Source: a virus (lineage: Duplodnaviria > Caudoviricetes). From it: a stretch of 24,159 nucleotides of DNA. The stretch is from positions 1-24,159 of the IMG/VR virus record IMGVR_UViG_3300036868_000006. One strand, 5' to 3'. Shown here in pieces: positions 15,985 to 23,485 of this stretch. How positions within the stretch are numbered: position 1 is the stretch's first letter; every line of letters starts with the position of its first letter. Position numbers and translations under genes: made by a program. The notes beneath the pieces are model-generated. The model did no database searches and was not told the origin of the DNA. It was given only the letters and a program-made list of their open reading frames with translations.

Positions 15985-16764
15985 ATGGCGACCCGCACGA
16001 AGGCCCTCACAACGGAGTTGAAGGACCTGGACGTAGACCGGGTTGACGGTGTTGACCGACCCGCTACGGGCCGGGCCTTCGCCTTGTTCAAGAGCCGAGA
16101 CGGCAAACCCGTAACGAAGAAAGAGGACACGACAATGGCCGAGACGATCACCAAGGACCAGCTTGCTCAACTGATGAAGAACTACGCTGCGGTTGCGACT
16201 GCGGCCGACATGCTCCTGAAGCAGCTTCGCAAGGACCAGGCTGGCAAGGTCAGCAAGTCCACCGCGATCGCTGTGAACGGTCTCGCGCAGATCATGGGTG
16301 CCGAGCCCGTGTTCGTCGCGAAGGCTGTCCCGACTCAGCCGTACGAGTTCTCCGAGCCCGACGCGGACATGCGCGGCCCGGCCGACGAGGACCTGGGTGG
16401 AAACTTCACCCCGCGTAGCATGCCCGGATCGATGGTCGGTCGCGTGCAGTTCAGCGTGAAGGGCACCGAGAAGGCTTCGTATGCTGCGCCCGCCGTCGCT
16501 GGTGAGCCGGACGAGGACGACGCGAAGATGCCGTGGGAGAAGTCGGCGGCTGCGAAGGCTGCGTTCGATGCGGCTGTCGCGAAGGCTGTCGAGGCCGCTG
16601 TCGCGAAGGCCGCTCCCGTGACGAAGGCCACCCCGGTCGAGAAGGCCGAGAAGCCGGAGTCGAAGCAAGTGATGACCGCCGAGCAGCGCGAGGTCCGCAA
16701 GGGCCAGGGCTACCGTTTCGGCGAGACGTTCGAGAACGTGGTTTTCGGGGCGCAGGCTCGATAA
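15985..16764 (+). CDS. Capsid scaffolding protein (probable second in-frame start at 16135)
   Basis: Directly upstream of the capsid gene. Ala/Lys-rich helical repeats (AVAKA) and N-terminal LKDLDVDRVDGVDRPA...FALFKS. Confidence 0.75.
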   Translation: MATRTKALTTELKDLDVDRVDGVDRPATGRAFALFKSRDGKPVTKKEDTTMAETITKDQLAQLMKNYAAVATAADMLLKQLRKDQAGKVSKSTAIAVNGLAQIMGAEPVFVAKAVPTQPYEFSEPDADMRGPADEDLGGNFTPRSMPGSMVGRVQFSVKGTEKASYAAPAVAGEPDEDDAKMPWEKSAAAKAAFDAAVAKAVEAAVAKAAPVTKATPVEKAEKPESKQVMTAEQREVRKGQGYRFGETFENVVFGAQAR

Positions 16765-16805
16765 GCCACGCCTGAACAACAGACCAGAGAAAGAGGACAA
16801 CGACA

Positions 16806-17801
16806 ATGCAGATCGCACGGTGGCTCGAAAAGGCGACGTGGACCACTCCCGACATCACGGCTCCGACCGGTGGTGGGTTGCTCTCGCCGCAACAGGCGCG
16901 CGAGTTCCTTCGGGTTCTGATCGACGAGAGCATCCTCCTGAAGGAGGCGAACAACCAGACTTCGCTCTCGCCGAAGTTCGAGGTTCCCCGGATCAGCTTC
17001 GGGAACCGCGTGCTGCGTGCCGGTGTCGAGGCGACTCGACTCGACGCGAGCGATCGCGTGAAGCCGACCACGGGTCTCGTGACCCTGAGCACCAACCTCT
17101 TCAAGGGTGAAGTGCCGGTGTCGGACGAGATGTTCGAGGACAACATCGAGCGTGACGCCCTCGCGGACACGATCATGGTCATGCTCGCCGAGGCTGTCGG
17201 CCGTGACATCGAAGAGTTCGTGATCAAGTCGGACACCGATCGCACGGCGGCTGACGGCGCGGACTTCCCGGTTCTCGATCAGTTCGACGGGATGATCAAG
17301 CAGCTTCAGACGGGTCTCCCGGCGTCGCAGAAGATCGACGCGTCGGCGATCACGTCGTACGACTCCCTGTGGGGTCGCATGGTGACGAATCTCCCGGCTC
17401 GGTACCGCCGCGACGTGACGGCCCTCCGGCTCTACGTCCCGGTGAAGCACGCTGACGGTTACCAGGCCGAGTTGGCGAAGCGCGGTACGCCGCTCGGGGA
17501 CACGAACATCCTGGAAAATCTCCGGACCAAGCTGGCGTTCCGTGGCATTCCGATCGTGCCGGTTCCTCTGATGACCGGCGTGAGCACCATCGCGGGTGTC
17601 GAGATCGACTACGACAACTTCGCGATCCTGACGCACCCGCTCAACCTGTACGTGGGTTGGCACCGCCGCATCCGTGTGGAGCGGTGGCGTGATCCTCGTG
17701 AGGGTGCGACCAGCTTCCTCCCGAGCCTTCGTGTGGACGCCAAGTACGCTGACCCCAATTTCGGGGTTCTCAGCTACGGCATCGCTCTCGGCACGGAGTA
17801 A
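16806..17801 (+). CDS. Major capsid protein (HK97 fold, XkdG-like), 331 aa
   Basis: GGGLLSPQQAREF, EMFEDNIE, NLPARYR, GIPIVPVPLM and ILTHPLNL motifs. Strong AGAGGA SD and canonical position after protease and scaffold. Confidence 0.9.
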   Translation: MQIARWLEKATWTTPDITAPTGGGLLSPQQAREFLRVLIDESILLKEANNQTSLSPKFEVPRISFGNRVLRAGVEATRLDASDRVKPTTGLVTLSTNLFKGEVPVSDEMFEDNIERDALADTIMVMLAEAVGRDIEEFVIKSDTDRTAADGADFPVLDQFDGMIKQLQTGLPASQKIDASAITSYDSLWGRMVTNLPARYRRDVTALRLYVPVKHADGYQAELAKRGTPLGDTNILENLRTKLAFRGIPIVPVPLMTGVSTIAGVEIDYDNFAILTHPLNLYVGWHRRIRVERWRDPREGATSFLPSLRVDAKYADPNFGVLSYGIALGTE

Positions 17802-17839
17802 CATCCGGGCCTGCTCTTGAAGTGAACTGAACTTCCTGC

Positions 17840-17868
17840 CGCTCTGGTGGGCGACCCCCACCAGAGCG
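17840..17868 (+). terminator. Perfect 12-bp hairpin after the capsid gene (terminator, attenuator or mRNA-stabilising stem)
   Basis: CGCTCTGGTGGG-CGACC-CCCACCAGAGCG. No U-tract follows. Confidence 0.55.
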
Positions 17869-17899
17869 TGATTGGAAGGAAGAAAGGGACACCATCATC

Positions 17900-18991
17900 A
17901 TGATCACCACCGACAACTTCCGCAAAATTCGACGCCAGCTTCAGGGCAAAGGCGTCAACTTCCGCGAAACCATCGTCACTGTCGATACCTACTCGGCCGT
18001 GAGCGTCCCCGGTCTCCGCAAGGACGACGTGATCGTCTCCGTGCTCGACATGACCGACTTGGTCGATGTCGGCGCACAGATCGTACGCGCGGCCAAGGCA
18101 TCGCGTGAGTTTGGTTCGGTGAACAGCCGGATCACCTTCACGGCTCGCGTGGCTGGCGTTCAGGGCGACAAGATTCGCGTGGCCTACGTCAACGACCAGA
18201 CCCAGCTTACGTCGGGTGTGGCTCAGGCGGGGTACGTGACGGTGGTGAACACCGAGAGTGCGGGTGTGATCTACACCGACATCATCTTCCACATGGCCCT
18301 CAACACGAGCGGTACGGTGGACACCACGGACGGCGCGACGGCTCCGAACAGCGCCAACATGGTTCGCGCGGCGGTTCTGACTCAGGCGGATGCGCCGGGT
18401 CATCCTCGTGCGGCCGACATCGTGGACGCGACGATCGACAACGGCACCGGCCAGACGCACGTCACGGCGATGTCTGCGACGGTTCTTCAGAACGGCGCGG
18501 ACGACTCCCAGCACGGCGCGACGGCCGACACTCTGACCGATTCCGAGGGTCTGGTGTGGACCGAGCGGTTCCCGCAGGGCGACGATCCGGATGGTCGGGT
18601 CATTTCGGTTCAGTACGTCGATCCGGGTCTGGCTTCGCAGGATGCCTACGCTACCGTGACGATCACGTCGGCGAACAAGGTTCTGATCCAGATTCACCTT
18701 GCGACCGACATTTCGAGCGTGATCACCACGACTCGCAACCAGGTTGCTCAGATGGTCATGGACAGCTACCGCCAGAAGACTTCGGCGGCGGGCGACAACG
18801 GCGTGGCTGGTGGGCCTCAGGGTCCGGCCGACTTCGTCACTGTCGCGTATCCGAACGACGCGACGGTTGTCGCGGCGCATGCGGCGGCGGACCTGACGGG
18901 CGGTTCGGACGACGGTGGGTTCGACCTGGCGACGACTCCGCAGGATTCGACCGGCAACAAGGTGAAGGTGGCCTGGATCACCAGCCACTAA
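17900..18991 (+). CDS. Putative capsid decoration/structural protein with a duplicated beta domain, 363 aa
   Basis: Follows the capsid gene. Has two related units (ITFTAR..G..G..IRVAYVN...LQNGAD and LVWTER...ISVQYVD...IHLATD...LTGGSD). Confidence 0.6.
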   Translation: MITTDNFRKIRRQLQGKGVNFRETIVTVDTYSAVSVPGLRKDDVIVSVLDMTDLVDVGAQIVRAAKASREFGSVNSRITFTARVAGVQGDKIRVAYVNDQTQLTSGVAQAGYVTVVNTESAGVIYTDIIFHMALNTSGTVDTTDGATAPNSANMVRAAVLTQADAPGHPRAADIVDATIDNGTGQTHVTAMSATVLQNGADDSQHGATADTLTDSEGLVWTERFPQGDDPDGRVISVQYVDPGLASQDAYATVTITSANKVLIQIHLATDISSVITTTRNQVAQMVMDSYRQKTSAAGDNGVAGGPQGPADFVTVAYPNDATVVAAHAAADLTGGSDDGGFDLATTPQDSTGNKVKVAWITSH

Positions 18992-19003
18992 TCTGACTTC
19001 AAC

Positions 19004-19042
19004 CCCCGTAGCCGCCTAGTCAAAAGCTAGGTGGTTGCGGGG
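19004..19042 (+). terminator. 17-bp stem-loop, probable terminator of the high-expression head transcript
   Basis: CCCCGTAGCCGCCTAGT-CAAAA-GCTAGGTGGTTGCGGGG. All four non-Watson-Crick positions are G-U pairs on the + strand. Followed by TGTT. Confidence 0.6.
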
Positions 19043-19069
19043 TGTTCGATAACCCTTTGGAGGCACCTG

Positions 19070-19402
19070 ATGCCCTACTTGAATCTCGAAAAGGAATTGT
19101 TCGTCGCCGGGGTGAAGTTCCCGGCCGGGCCGCGAGAAATCGGCGGCGGATGGGCAAAGTTACTGATCGAGGCTGGGGCAAAGGGGCTGACGAAAAAGCA
19201 GTACGACGATCTAACGGCGGGAGCCGCCGCAAAGGCGGGCGACAAGAAAGCCGCCGACGTGCGTCTCTCCGCAACGGAGAATGACGGTGCCCGCACCGCA
19301 CGTGACGCTGACGACTCTACAGGACGTGAAGAATCGGCTCTCGATTCCGTCCGGCGACACCAGCAAGGACGCCCTTATCGAGTCGTACATCCCTGCGATT
19401 GA
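19070..19402 (+). CDS. Small hypothetical protein between decoration and adaptor genes
   Basis: GGAGG SD before ATG 19070. The 3' end overlaps the next gene by 122 nt, so the end is uncertain. Confidence 0.5.
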   Translation: MPYLNLEKELFVAGVKFPAGPREIGGGWAKLLIEAGAKGLTKKQYDDLTAGAAAKAGDKKAADVRLSATENDGARTARDADDSTGREESALDSVRRHQQGRPYRVVHPCD

Positions 19403-19970
19403 AGAGGACATCCTTGCCCTGACGGGCTACTCGTTCACGGGTGGATCGAAGCAAGACATCCTCACGGACTGGCAGCGTGGGACGACGAGACTAACTCAGT
19501 TTCGCCCGGTTCTTACCCTCACGAATGTTGAGGGGCGTGTGCTTGGAACACAGGCGACGTTCAACCAACTGCTCGGGGACATCAAGGACCCAACTAGGGG
19601 CCGCATTCTTCTAGTGGGCTACCTAAACGCGTTTTACGATCCTCGCGCGGGTTACGGTGCCGCGTACGGTGGTGGTACCTGGGAGAACTGGTACAAGTGG
19701 CGTGAGTACACGTGGCCGATCGTTCGATTGACGTACACGGTCGATCCATTGGGTTCGGCGACGAACCCGGTACCGAAGGTTCTGACGACGGCTGCTACGG
19801 AGTGGACCGCGTTCATCCTGGGCAAACCAGCGGGCTCGGGTCCGCTGACGAGCGTGTCGATCGAGAAGGTGAGTGAGAGTTACGGGCCAGGCAAGAAAGG
19901 TCCGATGCCCGCGTTCGTGCAGGCGTTGCTTGGACGGCATATCCGCGAACAAGCTGTGATGCAGTTCTAA
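19281..19970 (+). CDS. Head-tail adaptor (HK97 gp6/SPP1 gp15-like)
   Basis: LTTLQDVKNRL.I...D...D.LI..YI.A....I...TG, VRLTY...VPKVL..A, and SVSIEKVSESY...MP..V..LL..H. Confidence 0.8.
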   Translation: MTVPAPHVTLTTLQDVKNRLSIPSGDTSKDALIESYIPAIEEDILALTGYSFTGGSKQDILTDWQRGTTRLTQFRPVLTLTNVEGRVLGTQATFNQLLGDIKDPTRGRILLVGYLNAFYDPRAGYGAAYGGGTWENWYKWREYTWPIVRLTYTVDPLGSATNPVPKVLTTAATEWTAFILGKPAGSGPLTSVSIEKVSESYGPGKKGPMPAFVQALLGRHIREQAVMQF

Positions 19971-19983
19971 GAAAGAGGAGACT

Positions 19984-20664
19984 ATGAAACCGACGTTGTT
20001 CAGACAGACCGTCCTGGTAGACGGCACAGGTGTCGTCGTTGCGCTGAAGGACCTGGGCGGCGCATATCCCGTTACTCTCTACATGGAAAACACGGATCAC
20101 GCGGCCGAGGGCCGGACTGCGTTCGGTAGCAAGAACGCGAACCTCTTCTTCAAGGCGGCGTCTGCGGGTACGCTCACGAAGGCCATCGAGATCATCTTCA
20201 CCGTCGTGGCGGGTCAGGCGTTTTCGACCGACGACGATACGAGCGATCCGTACACTGAAGTGTACACGGTCAACCTCGCGTGCGATCCTCAGGGGGTTCC
20301 GACTCAGCACGCGTATGACGTGATGGACCTGATCAATGCCGATCCGTACTCGCCGGTTGTTGCTTCGTTGGCGCACGGCTCAGACGGTAGTGCTCTGATG
20401 GGCGCGGCAGACATCACTCTCTCGGGCGACCTGGACGCGACGGCGCTTGGCACTGTGACTGTCGAGCATTCGGCTGACGTGAATGGCGTGGACGCTGAGT
20501 GGGATTCATCGGCAGCGGCGGGTACCGCGTTTTCTTCACTCGGAGCGAACACGACCAAGGCGTTTTTGCTCGATGCGCCTGTTCGCGGGCTCCGGGTCAA
20601 GGCGTCGAAGACGAGCGCTAACACGTACGTGACGGTCTCAGCGGTTCGTGCGCTCAACGCGTAA
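19984..20664 (+). CDS. Putative virion structural protein carrying the shared beta domain
   Basis: Strong AGAGGAG SD. The internal segment LFFKAASAG...YTVNLACD...HAYDVMDLIN...GSDG...LSG resembles the units in the 17900 and 23486 proteins. Confidence 0.55.
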   Translation: MKPTLFRQTVLVDGTGVVVALKDLGGAYPVTLYMENTDHAAEGRTAFGSKNANLFFKAASAGTLTKAIEIIFTVVAGQAFSTDDDTSDPYTEVYTVNLACDPQGVPTQHAYDVMDLINADPYSPVVASLAHGSDGSALMGAADITLSGDLDATALGTVTVEHSADVNGVDAEWDSSAAAGTAFSSLGANTTKAFLLDAPVRGLRVKASKTSANTYVTVSAVRALNA

Positions 20665-20951
20665 TGACTGTCCAGACCGCGTACCGAAGTGTCAAGCACA
20701 GCATTGTTGACACGCTGAAGGCGACGTGGATCGACCACGAAACCGGCGCGTTCTCGGTTCCGCACTTCGCATCGGTGGTTGCGATCGCAGCCTTGACGAT
20801 GGTGTTCGTCAAGAACGCGTACCTGGGCAAAGTGGACGGTCTGGACTACATCTATTATTCTGTGGCGATGGCGGCTAGCGCGAGCCCGTCGCTGATGCAC
20901 AAGTTGATCGCGCGGGGCGAAACGCAGAAGACAGAGGAGAAGAAATCATGA
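20664..20951 (+). CDS. Holin-like membrane protein, 95 aa
   Basis: Two hydrophobic segments (FASVVAIAALTMVFV; YIYYSVAMAASAS) and a charged C-terminus (ETQKTEEKKS). Confidence 0.5.
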   Translation: MTVQTAYRSVKHSIVDTLKATWIDHETGAFSVPHFASVVAIAALTMVFVKNAYLGKVDGLDYIYYSVAMAASASPSLMHKLIARGETQKTEEKKS

Positions 20952-21118
20952 TGGGTTACATGGTGGCGGCTGGTGCGTGGGTTGCAAGCAACGCCGTGGC
21001 TCTGTGCGCGGGCGGATACGTTGCGTATCGGTTCCGGGCTCAGATCGACGCGATGGTTGCGAAAGCCGAGGCAGTGTTCGCGAAGGTGTACGGGTTCGTT
21101 CGCCACGGCGGGAAGTAA
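20948..21118 (+). CDS. 56-aa putative membrane protein
   Basis: Not in the ORF track: MMGYMVAAGAWVASNAVALCAGGYVAYRFRAQIDAMVAKAEAVFAKVYGFVRHGGK. ATGA overlap, GAGGAG SD, and the stop abuts the next start at 21119. Confidence 0.6.
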   Translation: MMGYMVAAGAWVASNAVALCAGGYVAYRFRAQIDAMVAKAEAVFAKVYGFVRHGGK

Positions 21119-21535
21119 TTGTTCAATCCTCTGAAGTGGTCGCGACCGATCCAGGTCACCGCTGGGCTGGCGGTCGCGCTACTTCTCTACGTCACGCTCG
21201 CGAGCGGCGTCTCGATCGCGTGGGCGCGCCATATCAAGAACGCCGCTCTCCGGGGTATTGCGTCGCAGATCAGCGACATCGATGCGACCGAAGGAAAGGC
21301 TGACGGTCTCGAAAAGGCTGTCGGTGCGCTCGCTGAGGAGAACAAAGTACTCGCGGCCAAAGCTGAAGCCGAGCACGCGGCTCGGATGGAAATGGCTGCT
21401 CGACTCGCTCAGGCCGAGAAGACCAACGCCGGACTGCTCGAAGCGGTCAAGATCGCGAAGGCGAAGGACGACAATCGCAAGCCGATTACCACGCTCGATG
21501 AAGCTGTCGCGGTGTTCAACCGGGTGACGAAATGA
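21119..21535 (+). CDS. i-spanin (Rz)-like protein: N-terminal TM helix + coiled coil
   Basis: VTAGLAVALLLYVTLASGVSIAW followed by an Ala/Glu/Lys helical region. Confidence 0.5.
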   Translation: MFNPLKWSRPIQVTAGLAVALLLYVTLASGVSIAWARHIKNAALRGIASQISDIDATEGKADGLEKAVGALAEENKVLAAKAEAEHAARMEMAARLAQAEKTNAGLLEAVKIAKAKDDNRKPITTLDEAVAVFNRVTK

Positions 21536-22047
21536 ACCCTGTGAAACGCGGTATCGCGGTGGGGCTCGTGCTTCTGATGCTCGCTCCCTCAGCGTGGGCC
21601 GGACAGGCTCGTATCGTGCAGCCGGGTGAGAAGATCGACCAGCTTGGCGTGTTCATCCCCGCCGACAACGCGATCCAGGCTGCGGACCTACTTGATCGCT
21701 ATAACATCATCGTTGAGCGCATGAAGGCCGCTGATGACCTGTCAGCCTCTCAGATGGCGCAAATCGAATTGCTCGAACAGATGCTTGGATCGAGCGAGCG
21801 TGAGTTGGAGATCAAGAACCTGATCATTCAACACAAGGACGAGATGCTGGCGTTCCGTAAGGAGATCAACGACGAGTACAAGTCGTTGCTTGCGATGAAC
21901 CGGGAGCAGTTGGTGCGTGATCGAGAGGCGATCGAGCGTCTAGAGAAGATGGTCGAGAACGCCAACAAGCGAAGCATTTGGACAAGCATCATCGCGTTCA
22001 TCATCGGCGCAGCGGCGTCGTACTTCACGTTCGGCATCGTGCATTAA
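21532..22047 (+). CDS. Exported coiled-coil protein with a signal peptide and C-terminal TM anchor (spanin-like partner)
   Basis: MNPVKRGIAVGLVLLMLAPSAWA| is SPase I-like. A heptad-rich middle and a terminal IWTSIIAFIIGAAASYFTFGIV follow. No cysteine. Confidence 0.5.
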   Translation: MNPVKRGIAVGLVLLMLAPSAWAGQARIVQPGEKIDQLGVFIPADNAIQAADLLDRYNIIVERMKAADDLSASQMAQIELLEQMLGSSERELEIKNLIIQHKDEMLAFRKEINDEYKSLLAMNREQLVRDREAIERLEKMVENANKRSIWTSIIAFIIGAAASYFTFGIVH

Positions 22048-22068
22048 CAGGGGGGAGGGCCGACACCC

Positions 22069-22437
22069 GTGATCGGGGAAGCGTATCGTAGGTTCCTGTG
22101 GCACCGCGCTGAGATCAAGCGCAATACGACCGCTGTCTCCGACACGGGTGCCTCGAAGTTCGATTACGCCACGGTCCTCACCGACGTGCCCTGCAACGTG
22201 CAATCGAACGGCGGACGCATGAAGCAGGACGAGTGGGGCCAGGCTACCGGCAAGAAGATCAATGTCATCTTCGCTCGGGAGATGTCCGGCAAGCTAGAGC
22301 ACAACGACCTTCTGATCGTGAACGGCAACACATTCCGCATCGTGCAGTCTCACGAGTCCTGGTACTACGGACAGCACCACGTCGAAGTGCAGTGTGAAGT
22401 CTACGTTCCGGCCGGAGACAAGGACAGTGCGGCGTAA
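22069..22437 (+). CDS. Head closure/stopper protein (SPP1 gp16-like)
   Basis: 122-aa beta-rich protein with DVPCNVQ, LEHNDLLIVNGNTFRIV and HHVEVQC. Position is consistent, and it has a GGGGGAGG SD. Confidence 0.7.
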   Translation: MIGEAYRRFLWHRAEIKRNTTAVSDTGASKFDYATVLTDVPCNVQSNGGRMKQDEWGQATGKKINVIFAREMSGKLEHNDLLIVNGNTFRIVQSHESWYYGQHHVEVQCEVYVPAGDKDSAA

Positions 22438-22928
22438 TGGCGAGCCTGGACGACAGCGTCAAGGTGGTGTGGGCCGCTGACGACGTGATCGAACGGATGG
22501 CGTCAGCGAATGTCCTGAAGCTGCTCACGGTGATCGGGACAGAGTATGTGAAGTCTGTCCAGCTTTCGATGCGCAACAGCCCGCGTGGCGGACCGAACGT
22601 GAACAAGCGAGGGCAGAAGCGTTCGGCACCCGGTGAGCCGCCTGCACCGGACACGGGCGACCTGATTCGGAACTGTCGCTTTCAAGTGCGGCAGGTAGGT
22701 GGGAAGTACATCATGGAGGGCGGCAACCGGCTCCGCAAATCTCTGTACTTGGAATATGGTGCAGCGCGGGGCCGCGTAATGCAGGCTCGTGACCTGAGCG
22801 GGAAGTTCACTAAGGCTAAGACAATGTCCTGGATTCTTTACCCGCGCCCGGTGTGGGGGCCGGAGCTATTGAGGATCAAGGCGCGCATCCCCGAGTTCAT
22901 CGCGCGTCTACCGAAACGGAGACGGTGA
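22437..22928 (+). CDS. HK97 gp10-like neck/tail-completion protein
   Basis: SAPGEPPAPDTGDL, YLEYG and PRP.W.P motifs. Basic protein. Confidence 0.75.
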   Translation: MASLDDSVKVVWAADDVIERMASANVLKLLTVIGTEYVKSVQLSMRNSPRGGPNVNKRGQKRSAPGEPPAPDTGDLIRNCRFQVRQVGGKYIMEGGNRLRKSLYLEYGAARGRVMQARDLSGKFTKAKTMSWILYPRPVWGPELLRIKARIPEFIARLPKRRR

Positions 22929-23356
22929 TGGCGAACCTTGTATCGGCAATTCGCAGAGCGATCGTCGCGAAGCTGACGGCGGACACCGCATTGCAGGCTC
23001 TCATGGGCGGCACCGTACGTGTGAGCTATCGGCCTACGCGCAAGCCTCTTCAGCTACCGATCATCACCATGTTCGACTTTGGCGATCGCGCCGACGACAT
23101 CACACCGCTGTGGGACCGGAACCATCAGATCGATGCGTGGTCTGCCGACCTGGACAACGCCGAGGACATCGCACAGCGGGTCAAGGAATTGCTCGATCAT
23201 CAGGGGCTCGTGCTCACGGGCTCAGAGGGCCAGGTCGATCGTATTCATGCGACGGCCGAGTTGGACGCGACACAGGAAGATGCCGACCTGGCTCGGAAGA
23301 CGATTCGGTTCAGGGTGTTGGCGACTGACTACACCACGACCTACCAGAACAACTAG
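22928..23356 (+). CDS. Tail terminator/completion protein (SPP1 gp17-like), 142 aa
   Basis: AIRRAIVAKLTADTALQALMGG, LPIIT and QIDAWS......AEDIAQRVKELL. TGATG overlap. Confidence 0.75.
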   Translation: MANLVSAIRRAIVAKLTADTALQALMGGTVRVSYRPTRKPLQLPIITMFDFGDRADDITPLWDRNHQIDAWSADLDNAEDIAQRVKELLDHQGLVLTGSEGQVDRIHATAELDATQEDADLARKTIRFRVLATDYTTTYQNN

Positions 23357-23393
23357 CCCTACAGCGTGCCGCTCAAGGTGCGCGTAACCTTGC

Positions 23394-23404
23394 GTGGTAC
23401 AATA
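23394..23404 (+). promoter_or_regulatory. Putative extended -10 promoter (GTGGTACAATA) upstream of the tail tube gene
   Basis: Identical to 15887..15897; lies in an intergenic gap. Confidence 0.65.
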
Positions 23405-23485
23405 TAACCAAGGGACGTACCTCGACTTCAAACCCGCCCGATTGAGTGCCAAGCGCGCCGTGGGCCACAAAGGGAGAACTAGCTC

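Noticed and set aside
17900-18991. Contractile tail sheath protein
   Set aside because: It has only the small repeated domain, lacks a recognisable sheath core, and lies directly after the capsid gene rather than after the tail terminator.
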